A stretch of DNA of 64,000 nt, taken from Cycas panzhihuaensis (lineage: Eukaryota > Plantae > Cycadophyta). The stretch spans positions 204,049,741-204,113,740 of the forward strand of contig CM041465.1 of the NCBI GenBank assembly GCA_023213395.1, written 5' to 3'. A model generated the notes under the pieces. That model made no database searches. It saw only the letters and a list, made by a program, of their open reading frames with translations, and was not told the DNA's origin. The position numbers were made by a program, and so were the translations under genes. Shown piece after piece: positions 61,201-64,000 of the stretch. Numbering within the stretch: the stretch's first letter is position 1; each line of letters opens with the position of its first letter.

Positions 61201-63517
61201 AGGAATAATTTGTCCAATGGAAACTACACAGAACTTGAATAAGGTCAAACCTTCATGTGACCTTGATCTCTCAGTTAATATGAGTACCATGGGAGTAACA
61301 CTACAAAATGTTATTGTTGATGGTAGAGCTGCAGTATATGTACTACCAACACAAACTTGGAAAAAACTAGGGAATCTCTGGTTAACACCTACAAGTTATT
61401 CATTGAAGCTAGCAAATGAGTTGTTAGTAAAACCTGTGCAATGATTAGAGAACATTAAAGTAAATGTGGAAGGAATTGTAGTTTTAGTGGACTTTCCCAT
61501 CATAGATACAGTAAAGAATATGGTAACCTACAAAGCCTTACTAGGTAGCCCATGGTTGTCTTAGACAGATTGCTTATAGAGCTGGAGAGATGTGACTTTT
61601 ACATTGACAGATGAAGGCAATGAAGTTGTTCTTCCCATGTTGTCAAAAGGAAAATACATGGTGGAGGTGGTTCCAAATGATGCATCCAACACAACAATAG
61701 CCATTCTAGAGACACCCTCAACTTTTGATTAAGCCAATCTATGTCACACAATGGAGGAGAATGTGAATATGAACAATCCTCAAGAATTTGAGCCAAATTT
61801 CTATGGAGAATTGTCATTAGAGACATCATCAGATGAAGGAGGTACGATGAATATGATCAACTATTGAATGAATAATTCATACGAGGTGCAACCCCTCTCG
61901 TATCGTTGTAATTTGTTATCCATATGTTCTTCAATTGACAATAAATCATACAACAAATTAGATTATATCGGTCCCATTTGTATTGATGAATCTTCGAGTA
62001 ATGAATGTTTATTAAAGGTAGAATTTGAAATAAATAGAAAAATACATGAAAATTTCCTAACTTCTAATTTTCCCCCCTATCCCAACCCTCACCCCTATCC
62101 CCTTCCCAACCATATATCCCCCAAAATCAATCTGGGAGATATGGCCAATCTTCCTTCTAACCGTGAGGAAAATCCCACTCTTACCCTTACATTGGGTCAA
62201 ACAACCGAGGTAAAAATTCCTTCCCTTACTTCAACCCCCCTTGATATCAACTCTCCAAATTCCCTCTTAGCCAACCCGCCAAGTGAAAGTGAGATAAAGG
62301 GAAATCTCAAAGAGCTAAATGCAATACTACCCCAAATGGACCCATAAGAATCTCATCCTACAAACTTTATACCAGAAGATAAGACAGACTTGCAAAAGAA
62401 CATGCCCATATTCCTAGGAGATAAGATGTAAAGCACTAACCATCTGATTCATTGCATGGAACATTGGTTGCAATTTAAGATTTTCAACAAAACTCAATGG
62501 GTTTCTAATTTTGTGTTTACCTTACAAGACCAAGCATGGTGGTGGTACCTAGCCCACCACCATATCCTTAGAACATGGAGTGAATTACAATCTGCATTTC
62601 GATTGAGATTTGATCCACCCCAAGGCCTACTCATTTCAGGATTTTTGATAGGGGAGTGTCCCAACCAACACCTTATCAAATGTAAATGCTTATGGAAACA
62701 CTAGAGTATCCCCAAATTTCACTGGAGTCATTTATCCATTCACATGTTAGGCACATTAGCAAAGAAATGGTCCCTAAAACAAGAACAAATTAGGGTTGTA
62801 TCTTGGGACCAGTTAGAGCATTCATTTGTGAAAACATTTTCTTACTCTTCAGATAATAAGGTGATACATAAAGTATTAAGAAGCATAAGGAACATTAGTA
62901 TGGAAGTTGAAAATAATATCATGTCAATTGAAAACATTATGGATACAAAAAACAATGAGAATGAGGAGGAGGAGGAGAAGGAGAAAGAAGTTCCTAACTT
63001 TCCTCCAAAATACACAGAGTTGAAGTATGAACAACGGGATATAGAAGAGACTCCTAGCCATGAGCTAAGAGAAAAGAATCAGATACAACGAGAGGAACCA
63101 AGAACAACCCAAATCAACCTCAATACCGAATCTGAACCAAAAAACATTACCATGCGGTATTATTGGGATGAAAAGATTGTGGTAGAAGCACAAGCCCTCT
63201 TTGAGGAACACAAGGATGTATTTGCATGGTCATACAAAGACCTTAAGGGAATTCCACTAAAATTGGAGTACACCACATCAATCTAATTGAAGGGGCAAAA
63301 CTAGTAAAGCAAAGACCTTACAGAATGAATGCTCATTACAACGAAAAAGTCAAGGCAAAGTTGGACAAAATGCTCAAAGCAAGCTACATTTATAAGATAG
63401 AGTATAGTGATTGGGTAAGCCCAATAGTAGTAGTCCCAAAGAAAAACGGAAAAATCTGGGTCTGTGTAGATTATCGACAACTCAACAAAGTAACTAAAAA
63501 GGATCCATTTTCCCTAG
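58210..63517 (+). mobile_element. Degenerate Gypsy element F (same broad lineage), RT interrupted by a LINE
   Basis: Probable LTR TGTTACGG...CCCTGACA 58210-58910. Capsid ~59770-60220 (FAYSLRGVPLAWY); four zinc knuckles 60450-60820; protease NVIVDGRAAV ~61310; RT start (VFAWSYKDLKGIP, WVSPIVVVPKKNGK..CVDYRQLN). Confidence 0.85.
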
Positions 63518-64000
63518 ATTATCTTGTCGAACCAGGATGGCTTTGTCTAGGGAAGACAGATTATGAATGGTATAGTTGTTGTTCACGAAACGTTACACTC
63601 AACCCAGGTGAGGAAGAAGCCCAGTATGCTTATAAAAATTAATCTATTGAAAACCTATGATAGAGTCTCATGGGATTGTCTTATGGAGTGTATTAAAGCC
63701 TTTGGGTTCAGAAAGGTTTGGTGGGAATAGATGCATTTGTGCATATCCAAACCGCAATACTCTATTATCATTAACGACTTATCCTCGAGTTTCTTCCTGG
63801 GTCTTAGAGGGTTGAGAGAAGGAGATCCCCTATCTCCTTACCTATTCATAATCATGGCTGAATTGCTGGGTAGGGCCACAGAGGAGGCTAGAAGAATGGG
63901 AGTAAGTAACGGGGTGAAGCCTACCTCTGGTATCGATAATGTCGTGCACCACCAGTTTGTCGACGATAATATCTTCTTAGGGAAAGCAGCGGTAAGGGAA
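63518..64000 (+). mobile_element. 5'-truncated L1-type LINE, reverse-transcriptase fragment
   Basis: IILSNQDGFV*GRQIMNGIVVVHETLHS...KTYDRVSW...RGLREGDPLSPYLFII...HHQFVDD. It starts abruptly after the Gypsy RT motif KDPF. Confidence 0.92.

Overview
Eukaryotic, land-plant-type genomic DNA (inferred from a plant MHX exon, a plant PP2C fragment and plant-type tRNA primer sites). It is almost entirely nested retrotransposons around one intact host exon: the first coding exon of a Mg2+/H+ exchanger (MHX, minus strand, 47234-47669), whose next exon I could not find in the 47 kb to its left. Target-site duplications (TSDs) resolve most of the nesting. Nest 1: an old Gypsy gag (~7017/31289) was hit by a Copia (7207-31283, TSD GTGTA). 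That Copia's LTR was hit by Athila-like Gypsy B (7303-27234, minus, TSD ATCAT), whose 3' LTR was hit in opposite orientation by its sibling Gypsy A (7374-17265, plus, TSD AAAAT). This creates a ~10-kb-arm inverted repeat with a ~65-nt loop. Nest 2: Copia D (39212-44404, TSD ACAAC) inside Copia C. Nest 3 (right ends outside the window): chromovirus-like Gypsy G <- Athila-like E <- Gypsy F <- L1 LINE. Most notable: two extra tandem Gag-capsid-like domains between protease and RT in the diverged elements E and F (absent in A/B); the giant, probably intronic, hairpin; a conserved third ORF with a candidate splice acceptor; a conserved LTR stem-loop; a tRNA-Glu primer site; and a mosaic of mtHsp70 and PP2C gene fragments near 5.1-5.7 kb. 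All calls are by eye; no database searches were run.
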